From Centroscyllium fabricii (Eukaryota): a stretch of 64,000 bases of DNA. Position 1 is the first letter of the stretch, and each line of letters opens with the position of its first letter. Below, one piece after another: positions 24,085 to 36,453 of the stretch. The stretch is taken from assembly GCA_051313645.2 (NCBI GenBank), contig JBNRSN020000012.1:28024001-28088000 (forward strand). Direction: 5' to 3'. The translations under genes and the position numbers were made by a program. The notes beneath the pieces were generated by a model. The model had not been told where the DNA came from. It made no database searches and saw nothing but the letters and a program-made list of their open reading frames with translations.

Positions 24085-25475
24085 TCCGTTCAGTCCGTAA
24101 GGGGGACCCCGAGCTCCCGGTGGCCTGTCACTTTAATTCTCCACTCCACTCCCATTCAGACCTCACTGTCTGTGGCCTCTTGCATTGTTCCACGGAAGCT
24201 CAGCGTAAACTCGAGGAACAGCACCTCATCTTTCGCTTAGGCACTCGACAGCCCTCGGGACTAAACATAGAGTTCAACAATTTCAGATCATAACCTCGGC
24301 CCCTATCACATTTTTAGATATATATATTTTCTCTCTTTTTTCAATCCACGTTTTCGTCTGGGCTTTTTTCTTCTCTCTACCAGAGCCGATCACACCTCCA
24401 GAGCCATCCTGTGTTCCTTGAATTTCTCTTAATGTCTCTCAATGTCTCTTAATCTCCCCGCCTTCCATCCTGTCGCTGACCTTCCCTTTGTTCTTTCAGC
24501 CCCTCCCACTTTCCCCAGCCCCCACCAGCGTTAAAATCGATCCCCTCTCCCGGTTTCTCCAGTTCTGACAAAAGGTCATCGACCTGAAACGTTAAGTCTG
24601 GGGGGGATTTTCCTCGGTCCGTGAAGGCGACTTTCCGGCAGGGTGGGGCGGGGCCTAAAATCGTGGAGCTGGGTGGTCCTGACCCCCCCCCCCCCGTCGG
24701 ATCGCCGCCGACTTGGAAGTTTCGGGCGGCGTGTCCCGCCGTCCCGAATCTTTCCCGCCCGCCGCCGGCACGATGCTCGTTTAAGTAATTGAGGGCCCTT
24801 AATTGGACTGGATAATGCCATTTTAAGGGCCCTCACCTATTTTAAACCCCTTCCCACCCAAACCCCGCCATCCTGAAAACCCGCTGGTGAAACCGAGCGG
24901 GAGCACAGTGGCCTTGGTCACTTTCACCTTCAAGGTATTGAAGGACCTACAGCAGAATGCTTTCTAGGCCTTCCAACACCCTGGAGGTGTAAGTGACTCC
25001 CTTGGGTGAAGACCAGCTGTGGAGAAAAAACTTAAAAACCTTACCTTGACAGATCGATTGAGAGACATTCCCTAACTGTCAAAGATTTGGAGCCCGAGCG
25101 TCCACCTGTCACTCAAAGCACTTGGCCTTTGCGATTGGTTGCACCCCATTGTGATGTCACATTGGAGTGTTTCCATGGGAACTGTCAACAGACAGTCTCT
25201 GGAACTGTCTGTCAAACTCCTCGCTCCCCGCTGCAGCGCCTTGATTGCCGACTTGAGTCAGGCAATTACAAGGGGCGCCCCGCACGCGGGGATTCAATTG
25301 ATCAATTTGTGGAAAATTGCTTCAGGTTTCCAGGCCCGTGGGCAGGCGGGACAGAAACCCGACCTGACCAATCCCCGCCAGGTTCCCGCACCTTCAGGGA
25401 AATCGCCCCCATAGTTTCTCCACCGATGCTGCCTGGCCTGCTAAGTTTTTCCAGCATTTTCTGATGTTATTACAG
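24085..25475 (+). mobile_element. PLE 3' fragment (GIY-YIG end + UTR), interrupted by MITE C at 24600-25410
   Basis: RSVRKGDPELPVACHFNS...RKLEEQHLIFRLGTRQPSGLNIEFNNFRS*; UTR ctgacaaaaggtcatcgacctgaaacgtt. Confidence 0.8.
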
Positions 25476-25595
25476 TATTTTGTTTTGTTGCTTTTTGCTG
25501 TGTGTAACACTGTTCACTTAATAAAGCTTTTCCCCCACATTTTTCTCATTGTCTCTGTTGCTAGCAAGCATTTCACATCCAAGCTTTTCATCCCG

Positions 25596-26050
25596 GGTCA
25601 GCCGTGACTCAGTTGGTGTTACCACCGCCTCTGAGTCAGAAGGTTGTGGGTTCATAGTCCGACTCCAGTGAACTGAGCACCAAAATCTAGGCTAATACTC
25701 TGGTGCAGTGCTGAGGAAGTACTGCAATGTTGGAGGTGCTGTCGTTCAGATGAGACGTTAAACTGAGGTCTCATCTGCTCTCAGGTGGATGGAAAAGAAC
25801 GTAAGATTGAAAAAGAACAGGGGAGTTATCCCCGGTGTCCTGGCCAATATTTATCCCTTAATCAACATCACAAAAAAACCAGATTATCTGGTCATTATCA
25901 CATTGCTGTTTGTGGGAGCTTGCCAAATCGGCTGCCACATTTCGTACATTACAAGAGTGTCTTCACTTCAAAAAGCACTTCATTGGCTGTAAAGCACTTT
26001 GGGACATCCGGTGGTTGTGAAAGGCGCTATAGAAATGCAAGTCTTTCTTT
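25596..26050 (+). mobile_element. DeuSINE, near full length
   Basis: Head, Deu-domain and aaggcgctatagaaatgcaagtctttc tail. Confidence 0.8.
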
Positions 26051-26173
26051 TGTACGGTAACTTATCTTCAGCTCCATTGCACAACCTGCCTGTTAACTAA
26101 ACTGCGCACAATTACTTGCTTTGGTTTCAAATAAATTTGTAACTTTATCCATGGAGAAAGAAACAGATTTAAC

Positions 26174-26976
26174 GGGGGGATTTTCGGAGGGTCGTGAGGG
26201 CGGGTTTCCGGCGGGGTGGAGCTTAAAATCCCGAAAGCGGGGGGTCCCGACCCCTCCACCGGATCCCCGCTACTTTGCGGTTTTCGGGCGGCGTGTCCAG
26301 CTGACCTGAATCTTTCCTGCCTGCCACCGACGGGGTTCATCGTTGAGGTAATTATGGGGCCCTTAATTGACATGGGTAAACCCATTTCAAGGGCCCATTG
26401 CGATTTTTAAGCCCTTCCCACCTATTCCCCGCCATCCTGAAACCCCGCCGATGAAACCCAGCGTTATCACAATCAGCTTGGTCACTTTCACCTTCAAGGC
26501 ATTGAAGGACCTACAGCAGAATGCCTTCCAGGCCTTCAACACCCTAGAGGTGTAAGTGACCCCCTTGGGTGAAGACCAGCTGTGAAGAAAACACTCAAAT
26601 CACTTACCTTGACAGATGCTGCAGAGATGGCCCCTCACTGTGAAAGCTTTGCAGCGTGTCCTTAGACCTGTCACTCAACCCACTTGGGCTTTGCGATTGG
26701 TTGCACTCCATTGTGATGTCACAATGGACTGTTTCCATAGAAACTAACAACACACAGTCCCTAAAACTGCCAATCAAACCTGTGTCTATCAACTCCAGCC
26801 GGCTGATTTTCGACTGGAAATTGTGTATTGGCAGGGGCTTCCCACACGCAGGCAATTAATTGGCCAGTTAAGCCAAAATTGCGTGGGGTTCCCAGGCTCT
26901 CAAACATTCGTGTCAGAAAACTGACATGCCCAAAACACGCCATCTTCCCACACCTTTACGAAAATCTCCCCCCCCC
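26174..26976. mobile_element. Harbinger-like MITE (family C) inserted in a PLE terminal repeat
   Basis: ggggggattttcg ... cgaaaatctccccc termini; 3-bp TSD AAC (26171-26173 / 26977-26979). Confidence 0.8.
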
Positions 26977-27423
26977 AACGTTTCAGGTCAATGACCCTTC
27001 GTCAGAACTGAGACTTCTTCACTCTCTCCACGGATGCTGCCTGACCTGCTCAGGTTTTCCAGCATTTTCTGTTTTTATTTCAGATTTCCAGCATCCGCAG
27101 TATTTTGCTATTCTGTAAAATATCTGTCGCCTTCAGAGTTTTCCACTTACATTTTTTTAAATGTTATTAAGCTATAAGAAATGATAATTCGCCCATCACC
27201 CTTGTGCTCGCTGATCTGCATTGTCTCCTGGTTCACTGACGCCTCGATTCTAAGATTCTCATTCTTGTTTTCAAATCCCTCCACAGCCTTGCCCCCTCCC
27301 TTTCTATTTACCCTCCTCCACCCCTACAATCCCCTCAGATCTCTGCGCTCCTCCAAATCTGGCCTCTTGCGCACCCACGGTTTTCATCGCTCCACCATTG
27401 GCGGCCGTGCCTTCAGCCGCCTA

Positions 27424-27787
27424 ATAATAATAATTCAACTTTTATTGTCATTATACAATGTACAAGTACATGAACAACGAAATGTGATCTTGCAAGCTCC
27501 CAAGAGTCCAGCAAAGCCGCTGCGTCTGTGCGCGCCGCCATTCCATCTTTCCATCATTCCGACAATCTTCAGCCAACCACCCCTCCCCGGGGTTCCTTTT
27601 GTGACCTCTGCACCTGGTATTCCCTGGTGGTTACCCATCCAAGTACTAACCAGGCCTGGCTCTGCTTAGCTTCCAAGCCTTGCCAGTGGCCCTGTCCCTA
27701 GTCCCAGGAACAGGGTTAAACTTTAGGTCCATTGCCGTGTCATTGCTTTATCCGCAATGCCGTGACTCGGATTCGAACCGAGGTTGC
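27424..27787 (-). mobile_element. Composite retroposon: tRNA-His 3' part + 5S rRNA segment + Rex/Babar-like tail
   Basis: 27758-27787 matches the 3' 30 nt of vertebrate tRNA-His(GUG); 27610-27674 matches the 5S internal control region; tail aatgacaataaaagttgaa(tta)n; gccta is repeated at both junctions. Confidence 0.8.
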
Positions 27788-27902
27788 CTAGGCTCTAAGC
27801 TCTGGAATTCCCCCCCTAAACCTCTCAGCATCTCTTTACTACCTCTCTCCCTCCTCTTTTAAGACCTTTCTTCAAACTTACCTCTTTTCACCTGTCCTAA
27901 TA

Positions 27903-28278
27903 CAGGAAACTCTCGATTTACCGGCACTTAAATAACCGGAAATCTCTGTTAACCGGCAAAATTCAGGAGTAGGTTCAGGTAAGTTTTACTTAATATTTGT
28001 GGCCGTTCCTGGATCTGTGACCGTGTAACCGGGGTTCCTGCACCTGCTGCTAAGCAACAGGGATGCCTGATCTTCTGGCCGGGGTTCCTGCACCTGTTGC
28101 TAAGCAACAGGGATGCCTGATCTTCTGGCCGGGGTTCCTGCACCTGTTGCTAAGCAACAGGGACGCCTGGATTTGTTGTTGTGTACAGGGCTCTCGTACT
28201 TTTTACTATACCTCTCTGGACTTTTTGATAAACCGGCACCACACCAATCCCATCGGTGACGGATAAAAATGTTTCCTG
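27903..28278. mobile_element. Tc1/pogo-like MITE with about 50-bp internal tandem repeats
   Basis: TA|CAGGAAAC...GTTTCCTG|TA; unit ccggggttcctgcacctgttgctaagcaacagggatgcctgatcttctgg present about 2.7 times. Confidence 0.75.
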
Positions 28279-28809
28279 TATCTCCTAATGTGGCTCGGTG
28301 TCAAATTGTGTTTGATAATCGCTTTGGGATGTTTTACTACGTTAAAGGCGCTCTATCAATGCAAGCTGTTGTTGACATTAAATGGCCTGTTTGTTCATTT
28401 TCCATTAAGTTAGACAACGCAAGAGGGATGAAAATAAAATACATAAGTGCGATGGTAGAGGGCAACATTTTTTGTTCCAGTAATAGAACACTATTATTAT
28501 GTGCATTCTTTGAGATGTTTTTGTTTCTTGCAGTTAGCGTAACCTTTAACCTAGTTGGTGCAGCATGAAGAAGACCCTGTAGTATAGGACATGCTCTGTA
28601 GGTTTGATGTCCTCCGGGGTAGGGCTGATACTTTCTTCGTTGGTGGGCGAGATTGGGTAGAACCTGACCTGATTGGGAAAATGTCACTTCGCTGCGCTGT
28701 GCTAAATGACTCAATGGGACAAGCAGTTTCTCGAGAGGTTTTCTAGTTCAACCAACTAGTTGATGGGATAATCATTTGGTCTCCCCGACCACTGGAGAAT
28801 CCAAAACGA

Positions 28810-29100
28810 TAAGGCGTTAAACCGAGGCCCAGTCTGCTCTCTCAGGTGTATAAGATCCCATGGCATGATTCAAAGAAAAGCAAGGGAGTTCTCCCCGCTG
28901 TCCTGGCCAATATTTATCCCTCAACCAACATCACTAAAACAGATGATCTGGTCATTATCACATCGCTGTTGGTGGGAGTTTGCTGTGCGCAGATTGGCAA
29001 ATCAATTACAATAGTGGCTACACTTGAAAAGTACTTCAAAACACATTGGCATGTCCTGGGGTTGTGAAAGTGGAAGCCTTTCTGGCTTTCTTTCTTTCTT
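28810..29100 (+). mobile_element. DeuSINE 3' part
   Basis: Deu-domain motif cgttaaaccgaggccc...tggccaatatttatccctc. Confidence 0.7.
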
Positions 29101-29101
29101 T

Positions 29102-31689
29102 ACATAGAAACATAGAAGATAGGAGCAGGAGTAGGCCATTCGGCCCCTCGAGCCTGCTCCGCCATTCGATGAGATCATGGCTGATCATCCAAACTCAGTA
29201 CCCCGTACCTGCCTTCTTCCCATATCCCTTGATACCTTTGGCTCTAAGAAATAAGGGGTGGCACGGTGGCACAGTGGTTAGCACTGCTGTCTCACAGCGC
29301 TGGAGACCCGGGTTCAAATCCAGCCTCGGGTACTATCTGTGTGGAGTTTGCACATTCTCCCCGTGTCTGCGTGGGTTTCCTCCGGGTGCTCCGGTTTCCT
29401 CCCACAGTCCAAAGATGTGCGGGTTAGGTTGATTGGCCATGATAAATTGACCCTTAGTGTTAGGGGGATTGAATATCTGGGGTTACGGGGATAGGGTGGG
29501 ATATGTGTTGATGCAGGCTCGATAGGGATATAGGGAGAATGCAGGGGCGGGGTACTGGGTTTGGATGATCAGCCATGATCTCATTGAATGGCAGAGCAGG
29601 CTCGACGGCCGAATGGCCTACTCCTGCTCCTAGTTTCTATGTTTCTATGTTTCTAACTCCTTCTTGAATATATTTAATGACTTGGCCTCAACTACATTCT
29701 GTGGTAGAGAATTCCACAGATTCACCACTCTCTGGGTGAAGAAATTCTTCCTCATCGCTGTCCTGAATGGCCTACCCCTTATCCTTAGACTATGCCCCCT
29801 GGTTCTGGACTCTCCAACCATCTGGAACATTCTTTCCGCATCTAGTTTGTCCAGACCTGTCAAAATTTTATAAGTTTCGATGAGATCCCCCCTCATTCTT
29901 CTAAACTCCAGCGGGTATAAGCCTAATTGATCCAATCTGTCCTCATACATTATTCCTCCCATCCCAGGTATCAGCCTTGTGAACCTTCGCTGAACTCCCT
30001 CCATGGCAAGAACATCCTTCCTCAGATAAGGCGACCAAAACTGCACACAGTACTCAAGGTGTGGTCTCACCAAGTCCCTGTACAACTGCAGCAGGCCATC
30101 CTTGTTCCTGTACTCAAACCCTTTCGCTATGAAGGACAACATACCATTTGCCTTCTTCACCGCCTGCTGCACCTGCATGCTTACCTTCAACGACTGGTGC
30201 ACAAGAATGCCCAGGTCTCGTTGCACTTACCCATCTCCCAATCTATTTCCATTCAGATAATAGTCTGCCTTTCTGTTTTTGACACCAAAGTGGATAACCT
30301 CGCATTTATCCACGTTATATTGCATCTGCCATGCTTCTGCCCAATCACCCAACCTGTCAAAATAATCCTGGAGTTTCTTGGTATCCTCCTCGCAGCACAC
30401 ACGCCCACCCAGCTTTGTGTCATCTGCAAACTTGGAGATATTACATCCAGTTCCCTTATCTAGATCATGAATGTATATTGTGAATAGCTGGGGTTCAAGG
30501 ACCGATCCCTGCGGTACCCCAATAGTCACTGCCTGCCACTTTAAAAAAGACCCGTTAATTCCTACTCTCTGCTTTCTGTCCGCCAACCAGTTCTCTATCC
30601 AAGTCAATACCTTGCCCCCAATCCCATGTGCCTTAACTTTACACGCTAATCTCTTATGCGGGACCTTATCGAAAGTATTTTGAAAGTCCAAATACACCAC
30701 ATCTACTGGTTCTCCCCTATCTATTTTCCCAGTTACATCCTCAAAGAAACTCCAGTAGATTAGTCAAGCATGATTTACCTTTTGTAAATCCATGTTGACT
30801 TTGTCCGATCCTGTCACTGTTTTCTAAGTGCTATTACATCCTTTATAATGGACTCTAGCATTTTCCCCACTACCGATGTAATTCCCCGCTTTCTCTCTAC
30901 CACCCTTTTTGAATAGTGGGGTAACATTAGCTACCCTCCAATCCATGGGTACAGTTCCAGATTCCAGCGAATGTTGAAAGATGATCAGTAATGCATCTAC
31001 TATTTCTAGGGCCACTTCCTTAAGTACCCTAAGATGTAGATTATCCAGCCCTGGGGATTTATCAGCCTTTAATCCCATCAATTTCCCTAACACCATTTCC
31101 CTACAAATACTGATTTATTTGAGTTCCTCCCTTTCATCAGACCCTATGCTCTCCAACATCTCTGGGAGGTTATTTGTGTTCTCCTTTGTGAAGACAGAAC
31201 TAAAATATGCATTCAACTGGTCTGCCATTTCTTTGTTCCCCATTATAACTTCCCCTGCTTCTGACTGCAAGGGACCTGCACTTGATTTCACCAATCTTCT
31301 TCTCTTCACATATCTATAAAAGCTCTTACAGTCAGTTTTTATGTTCTCTGCAAGCTTACTTTCATATTCTATTTTCCCCTTCTTAATTAATCCCTTTGTC
31401 CTCCTTTGTTGAATCCTAAACTGCTCCCAATCCTCAGGTTTGCTGCTTTTTCTAGCCAATTTATATGCTCTCTCCTTGGATCTTATGCAATCCCTAATTT
31501 CCCTTGTTAGCCATGGTTGAGTCACCCTTTTTGTTTTATTCTTATGCCAAACTGGGATGAACAAATTCTGTAGTTCATCCATGCGGTCTTTGAATGTTTG
31601 CCATTGCCTATCCACCGTCAACCCTTTGAGTGACATTCCCCAATTGATCCTATCCAATTCACGCCTCATACCATCATAGTTTCCTTTTA
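29102..31689 (-). mobile_element. CR1/HER1 LINE with frameshifted ORF2, running into the assembly gap
   Basis: ORF pieces 29645-30226, 30227-30700, 30824-31096 and 31115-31669 are collinear with the 933-aa ORF2; split by a V-SINE at 29255-29651. Confidence 0.92.
29255..29651 (+). mobile_element. HE1 V-SINE, full length
   Basis: Head, V-domain and tail as in 608-1036. Confidence 0.85.
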
Positions 31690-31932
31690 NNNNNNNNNNN
31701 NNNNNNNNNNNNNNNNNNNNNNNNNNNNNNNNNNNNNNNNNNNNNNNNNNNNNNNNNNNNNNNNNNNNNNNNNNNNNNNNNNNNNNNNNNNNNNNNNNNN
31801 NNNNNNNNNNNNNNNNNNNNNNNNNNNNNNNNNNNNNNNNNNNNNNNNNNNNNNNNNNNNNNNNNNNNNNNNNNNNNNNNNNNNNNNNNNNNNNNNNNNN
31901 NNNNNNNNNNNNNNNNNNNNNNNNNNNNNNNN
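31690..31932. other. Assembly gap (243 N)
   Basis: Run of n characters. Confidence 1.
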
Positions 31933-32839
31933 AGTTCTGTTGGGAATGGTCAGGTGCAGTTGGAATTTACTATTTATTGCTTGTTTCCGTGGAAGTAGAG
32001 CCTCGCTGGACACAGTCTGGCGATGCAGTCCAGGGCCGTGCAGTTGCTATGGCGAGTTGCTGAGTTTTGAGGGGCCTCGCTACTTGTGTCGCAGCGGTGG
32101 TGAGGCTGCCATCACAGCGCAAAATACCTTTTACCTCACCGGTCCCCAGACTAGATTCAGTCTCCTGTTCCAGGGGCAAAAGGGCAGTGTTCAGACAGAA
32201 TGCGTCGCCCCCATGCCAAGATTTTTCAATGAGGGCAACTGCGTAACCATGGTTACACAGCCTGCAGTCCATCGCAACAATTTCTCCAGGGCTGGCTCTG
32301 TGGCCGCCCCCCCCCCCCCCCACCCCCCCGAGTTGTGTAATGTTTCCCATTTTTCATCAAGATAGGCCTGTTACAAACAGACCCAGCTTCTCTGAACCTT
32401 ATCAGCCAGCATGCCGGGCCTCAGTTTATCTGAATTTTATTTTTAGAACGTGCTGAGTATCCACACCTTAAATTGCCAAACACGGTGAGCAATTATCTTG
32501 TGCACTTCGCAAAAACACACACACACAAATCCATCTCAGACCAGTTGTACTGGCTTGGCTGAGAATGCTTCGTTTGTTATGTGCACAGTAACTCTTTTGG
32601 TTAGGCCTGTACAGTAATACATTACTGATGCAACAAGACTGGTCATGTAGTCCCTCTGACACCTGTTTTACCTGGATGTCTATTGTGTTCATTTTTGAAG
32701 TGGTTGATATAAGTGCACAATACAAGTTGCTTACCCCCTGCCTTGCCTTGCCTCCCGCAGAGTGCCTTCAGGGCGTTGTCATTGCCTCTGGGCTCTGGGC
32801 TCTAGCTTTGATTGAAGATTGAAGTGAAAGAAAGAAGGG

Positions 32840-33050
32840 AAACGCAGCAGCTAAATTACGCACCGCAAGCTCCCGCAAACAGCAACGAGATAAATGACCG
32901 TATAATCTCTTTTAGTGATGTCGGCTGATGGGTAAATATTGGCCAGGACAACAGGGAGAATGCAACTGCTTTTCTTCGATATAGTGCCATGGGATCTTTT
33001 ACATCCACCCGAGAGGCCAGACAGGGCCTCGGTTTAACGTCTCATCCAAG
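32840..33050 (-). mobile_element. DeuSINE fragment
   Basis: Reverse complement of the Deu-domain (ggcctcggtttaacgtctcatcc). Confidence 0.7.
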
Positions 33051-33223
33051 GGAAGAGAAAACACAAAATACATCTTCCTGAAAATGACCCCGGTCAGGAA
33101 AACATCTTCACAGTGGACAGTGCAGGAAGACTAAACATTGTTTTCTTTTTGGGTAGAATTCTTTAATTACTGTCTACGCATTGGTTAGGAGGGAGGAAGG
33201 AGGGTGGATGGACAGTTATGGGG

Positions 33224-33510
33224 TGACGTATCGTCAATACCTCGAGATTAAAAGACACGACGAGTAGTTACCGTAACTATAGGCTTTTAATCACTAAGAT
33301 TGGAGCTACTCTCCGAACGAACATCTGAACAGGAATGAGGAGCCTGGGCCAGTCTCCACCTATAAGGCCTCACCTGGGGGAGGAGTTAGGGGTGTGGCTG
33401 ACCTGGCTCCCTACAGTATTACACTGGTATTACAGGGCTGCGTATACATATACGCAGCCCATTATTGATTACAATAATGCAGTGGTATTACATACAATAT
33501 GGTTACCACA
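33224..33510 (-). mobile_element. Solo LTR (287 bp)
   Basis: TG...CA termini, 5-bp TSD TGGGG (33219-33223 / 33511-33515), TATA-like and ATTAAA motifs on the minus strand. Confidence 0.7.
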
Positions 33511-33665
33511 TGGGGCACTACGCCTTTCTACTTTATTCCCGCCTGTGTTTCTCGAATTCCCTTCTTACCCATCAGCGCACCTTCCTGGCCAGGTTGTCGG
33601 GCCCAATCCTGGGCCCCGTGTCTCCTGTGTTTCTGACAGCATGGGGCTTCTGGGTCCTGGGGCCT

Positions 33666-34528
33666 AAACATAAGAAGTAGGAGCAGGAGTCGGCCATACG
33701 GCCCCTCAGACCTGCTCCGCCATTCAATAGGATCATGGCTGATCCGAACTTAGATCACGTCCACTTCCCTGCCCGCTCCCCGTAACCCTTTATTCCCTTA
33801 TCAGCTAGGAAACTGTTTATCTCTGTTTTAAATTTATTTAATGTTGCAACTTCCACAGCTCTCTGAGGTAGCAAATTCCATAGATTTACCACCCTCTGAG
33901 TGAAGAAGTTTCTCCTCATCTCAATTTTGAAAGGACAGTCCCTTATTCTAAGATTATGCCCCCTAGTTCTAGTCTCACCCATCAGTGGAAACATCCTCAC
34001 CGCATCCACCCGATCAAGCCCCCTCACAATCTTATATGTTTCGATAAGATCGCCTCTCATTCTTCTGAATTCCAATGAGTAGAGGCCCAACCTACTCAAC
34101 CTTTCCTCATAAGTCAATCCCCTCATCTCCGGAATCAACCGAGTGAATCTTCTCTGAACTGCCTCGAGAGCAAGTATATCTTTTCTTAAATATGGGAACC
34201 AAAACTGTACACAGTATTCCAGATGTGGCCTCACCAGTACCCTGTATAACTGCAGCAGGACTTCCCTGCTTTTATACTCCATCCCCCTCGCAATAAAAGC
34301 CAAGATTCTATTGGCCTTCCTGATCACCTGCTGTACCTGCAGACTAACCTTCTGTGTTTCATGCATCAGGACCCCCAGATCCCTTCGTGCTGTAGCACTT
34401 TGCAGTTTCTCTCCATTTAGATAATAACTTGCTCTTTGATTTTTTTCTGCCAAAGTGCATAACCTCACACTTTCTAACATTATATTCCATCTTCCCAAAT
34501 TTTTGCCCACTCACTTAGCCTGTCTATG
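33666..34528 (-). mobile_element. CR1 3' fragment (second subfamily, cataagaa tail)
   Basis: ORF 33755-34510 with RDLGVL...LVRPHLEYCVQFW...RGDLIETYK. Confidence 0.9.
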
Positions 34529-34962
34529 GTCAACGTCTTCAGACGCTCCAAAAGGGACTACTTTGATGAAAAAACAAGAGAAAATCACTGCAGAAAAATC
34601 TGTGCCCCATCTGTCAACAGTGCCGGCTGCTCAGAAATGTTTATGAAACTGCTGAAAACTGCGGTCAAGTGTTACAAACTCCCCTCCATTTGTGGCTGCT
34701 AGACATTCTGAGCTACTGTCTGTTGGAAAGTTTTCCCAACGAGAAGGTTACTGTGCGGGGATTTTTGTTTAATACTTAAACTTCCGCTCATTAACCATGC
34801 AACGTTTTTCCTTTGGTTTCGAGAGAATACGATGCACGCGACATTGGTATGAGCAGAGCTTTGCACTCCATCGTTATGCTTCTCTCTATAGAGCGTTAGT
34901 TGTTTCTAGCAGAGCCCCTGCTCCTTCTCTTTACTCACTCCAATGTTCTCCGCCCCTATCCT

Positions 34963-35630
34963 GAATTCAATTCAATTTCAATTTTATTTGTCACATGTGC
35001 TAAAATACAACAAGTGTAATCTAGACCGTGAAATGCTTTTTTCACGGTTCGAACGCACCGCGCAACAAAGAACACTAAGCTGCCCGACACGCCCGGAGCC
35101 CATGAGACGGCAGCCACCTCACCAGCGCCATCAATCACATGTCCCGTTCTCGCACCGCTCCGCCCTCTCCTGCACGCAAAGTTCTAAACGTTCTTAAAGT
35201 TCTTAGTCTTTTCTGTTGTTTCACTCGCTCCCCCTGAATCCTCTTGAAAACCTGGGCTCCGGGGGCCGCATTCGAAGGCTCTGGGCCTGCCCCTTGGTCC
35301 GACGCCATGCCGCGCCGCCGCCCCCCCCCCCCCGAATCCGCCGAGCTCCGAAGCGCCTGGCGGCCTGTGACCTGCCTCTCGGGCTCCCCGCCGAAACCTC
35401 TCGGAACCTGGGCTCCGGGGGGGGGCGCGTTCGAAGGCCCTGGTCCCTTGCCTCGCGGCTCCAGCCGAGTCCGCCGAGCTCCGGGAGCAGCGCCCGGTGG
35501 CCTGAGGCCTAGCCCTCGGCCCGGCGCCTTGCCGGCTCCCCCGAGTCTTCCGGGCTCCCCGTTCCCCTGATCGCTCCCGACTGCCTTCCCTCATCCTACC
35601 GGCCACGCCGGGCTCCTCCCGGCGTTCCTC
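34963..35630 (-). mobile_element. Non-coding GC-rich retroposon with a (TTGAA)n tail; related copy at 37766-38700
   Basis: Both copies share tttattgtcacatgt...gtgaaatgc...gaacgcaccgcgcaacaa...taagctgcccg and a GC-rich body. Confidence 0.55.
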
Positions 35631-35821
35631 ATGGACGGATGGCGGCCGATTAACTTTCTCTCAAGGAGGAGGTCCCCTCTATGGCGGCTGATGTGGCTGG
35701 AACCAGAAGGCCCTGACTCATGTCGGGGCACAGTCTTGTGGGCACTAGTTACGCACCAGTAGTATGTTACTGCTTGCTCACTCACATGTGAGCCTAGGTA
35801 GCAAGTGATGGAAAAATGAAA

Positions 35822-36180
35822 TAAGAAAGACTTGCATTTATATAGCACCTTTCATGGCCTCGGGACACCCCAAAGTGCTTTTCAGCCAATGGAGTACTTA
35901 TTTCTTTGAAGTGTGGCCACTGTTGTAATGTAGGAAACGCGGCAGCTAATTTGCGCACAGCAAGCTCCCACAAACAGCAATGAGATAAATGACCAGATAA
36001 TTTGTTGTACTGATGTTGATTGAGGGATAAATACTGGCCAGGACACCGGGGGAACTCCCCTGCTCTTCTTTGAAGCAGTGGCCGTGGGATCTTTTACGTC
36101 CACCTGAGAGAGCGGACAGGGCCTCGGTTTAACGCCTCATCTGAAGGACGGCACCTCTGACAGTGCAGCGCTCCCGCACT
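35822..36180 (-). mobile_element. DeuSINE
   Basis: Reverse complement of tail and Deu-domain. Confidence 0.8.
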
Positions 36181-36453
36181 ACAGGAAGGCAATTCAATCG
36201 TGGTGGATAGTATAGCCCAGCTCAATTCAGTCCTCGATGGAAGTGACTAGGGGAAGAAAACCCCGGCCGATTATTTTTTTCCCCCTCATCCAAGGAGTCC
36301 TGAAGCCTGTTCAAGTGCCCTTACTGCCACCCTAGCTCAGATCAGTTAACTCAGCAAAGACCAGTGATGAATGTGGGACCTTCCTGATCAGTGTAGGGGT
36401 AATTTCCTGAGTGTGCACCAATGGCAAGGACCCTTGCCAGATGTCCGCCCGTA

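Larger units (their letters stand above)
27190..28375 (+). mobile_element. Degenerate L2 3' fragment carrying two insertions
   Basis: PYNPLRSLRSS...TIGGRAFS|...LGSKLWNS, with the L2 tail at about 28340-28375. Confidence 0.7.

Noticed and set aside
27610-27787. Functional 5S rRNA or tRNA-His genes
   Set aside because: Both are partial (65 nt and 30 nt) and embedded in a tailed insertion flanked by a direct repeat.
31687-32013. ORF spanning X residues
   Set aside because: Artefact of the N gap.
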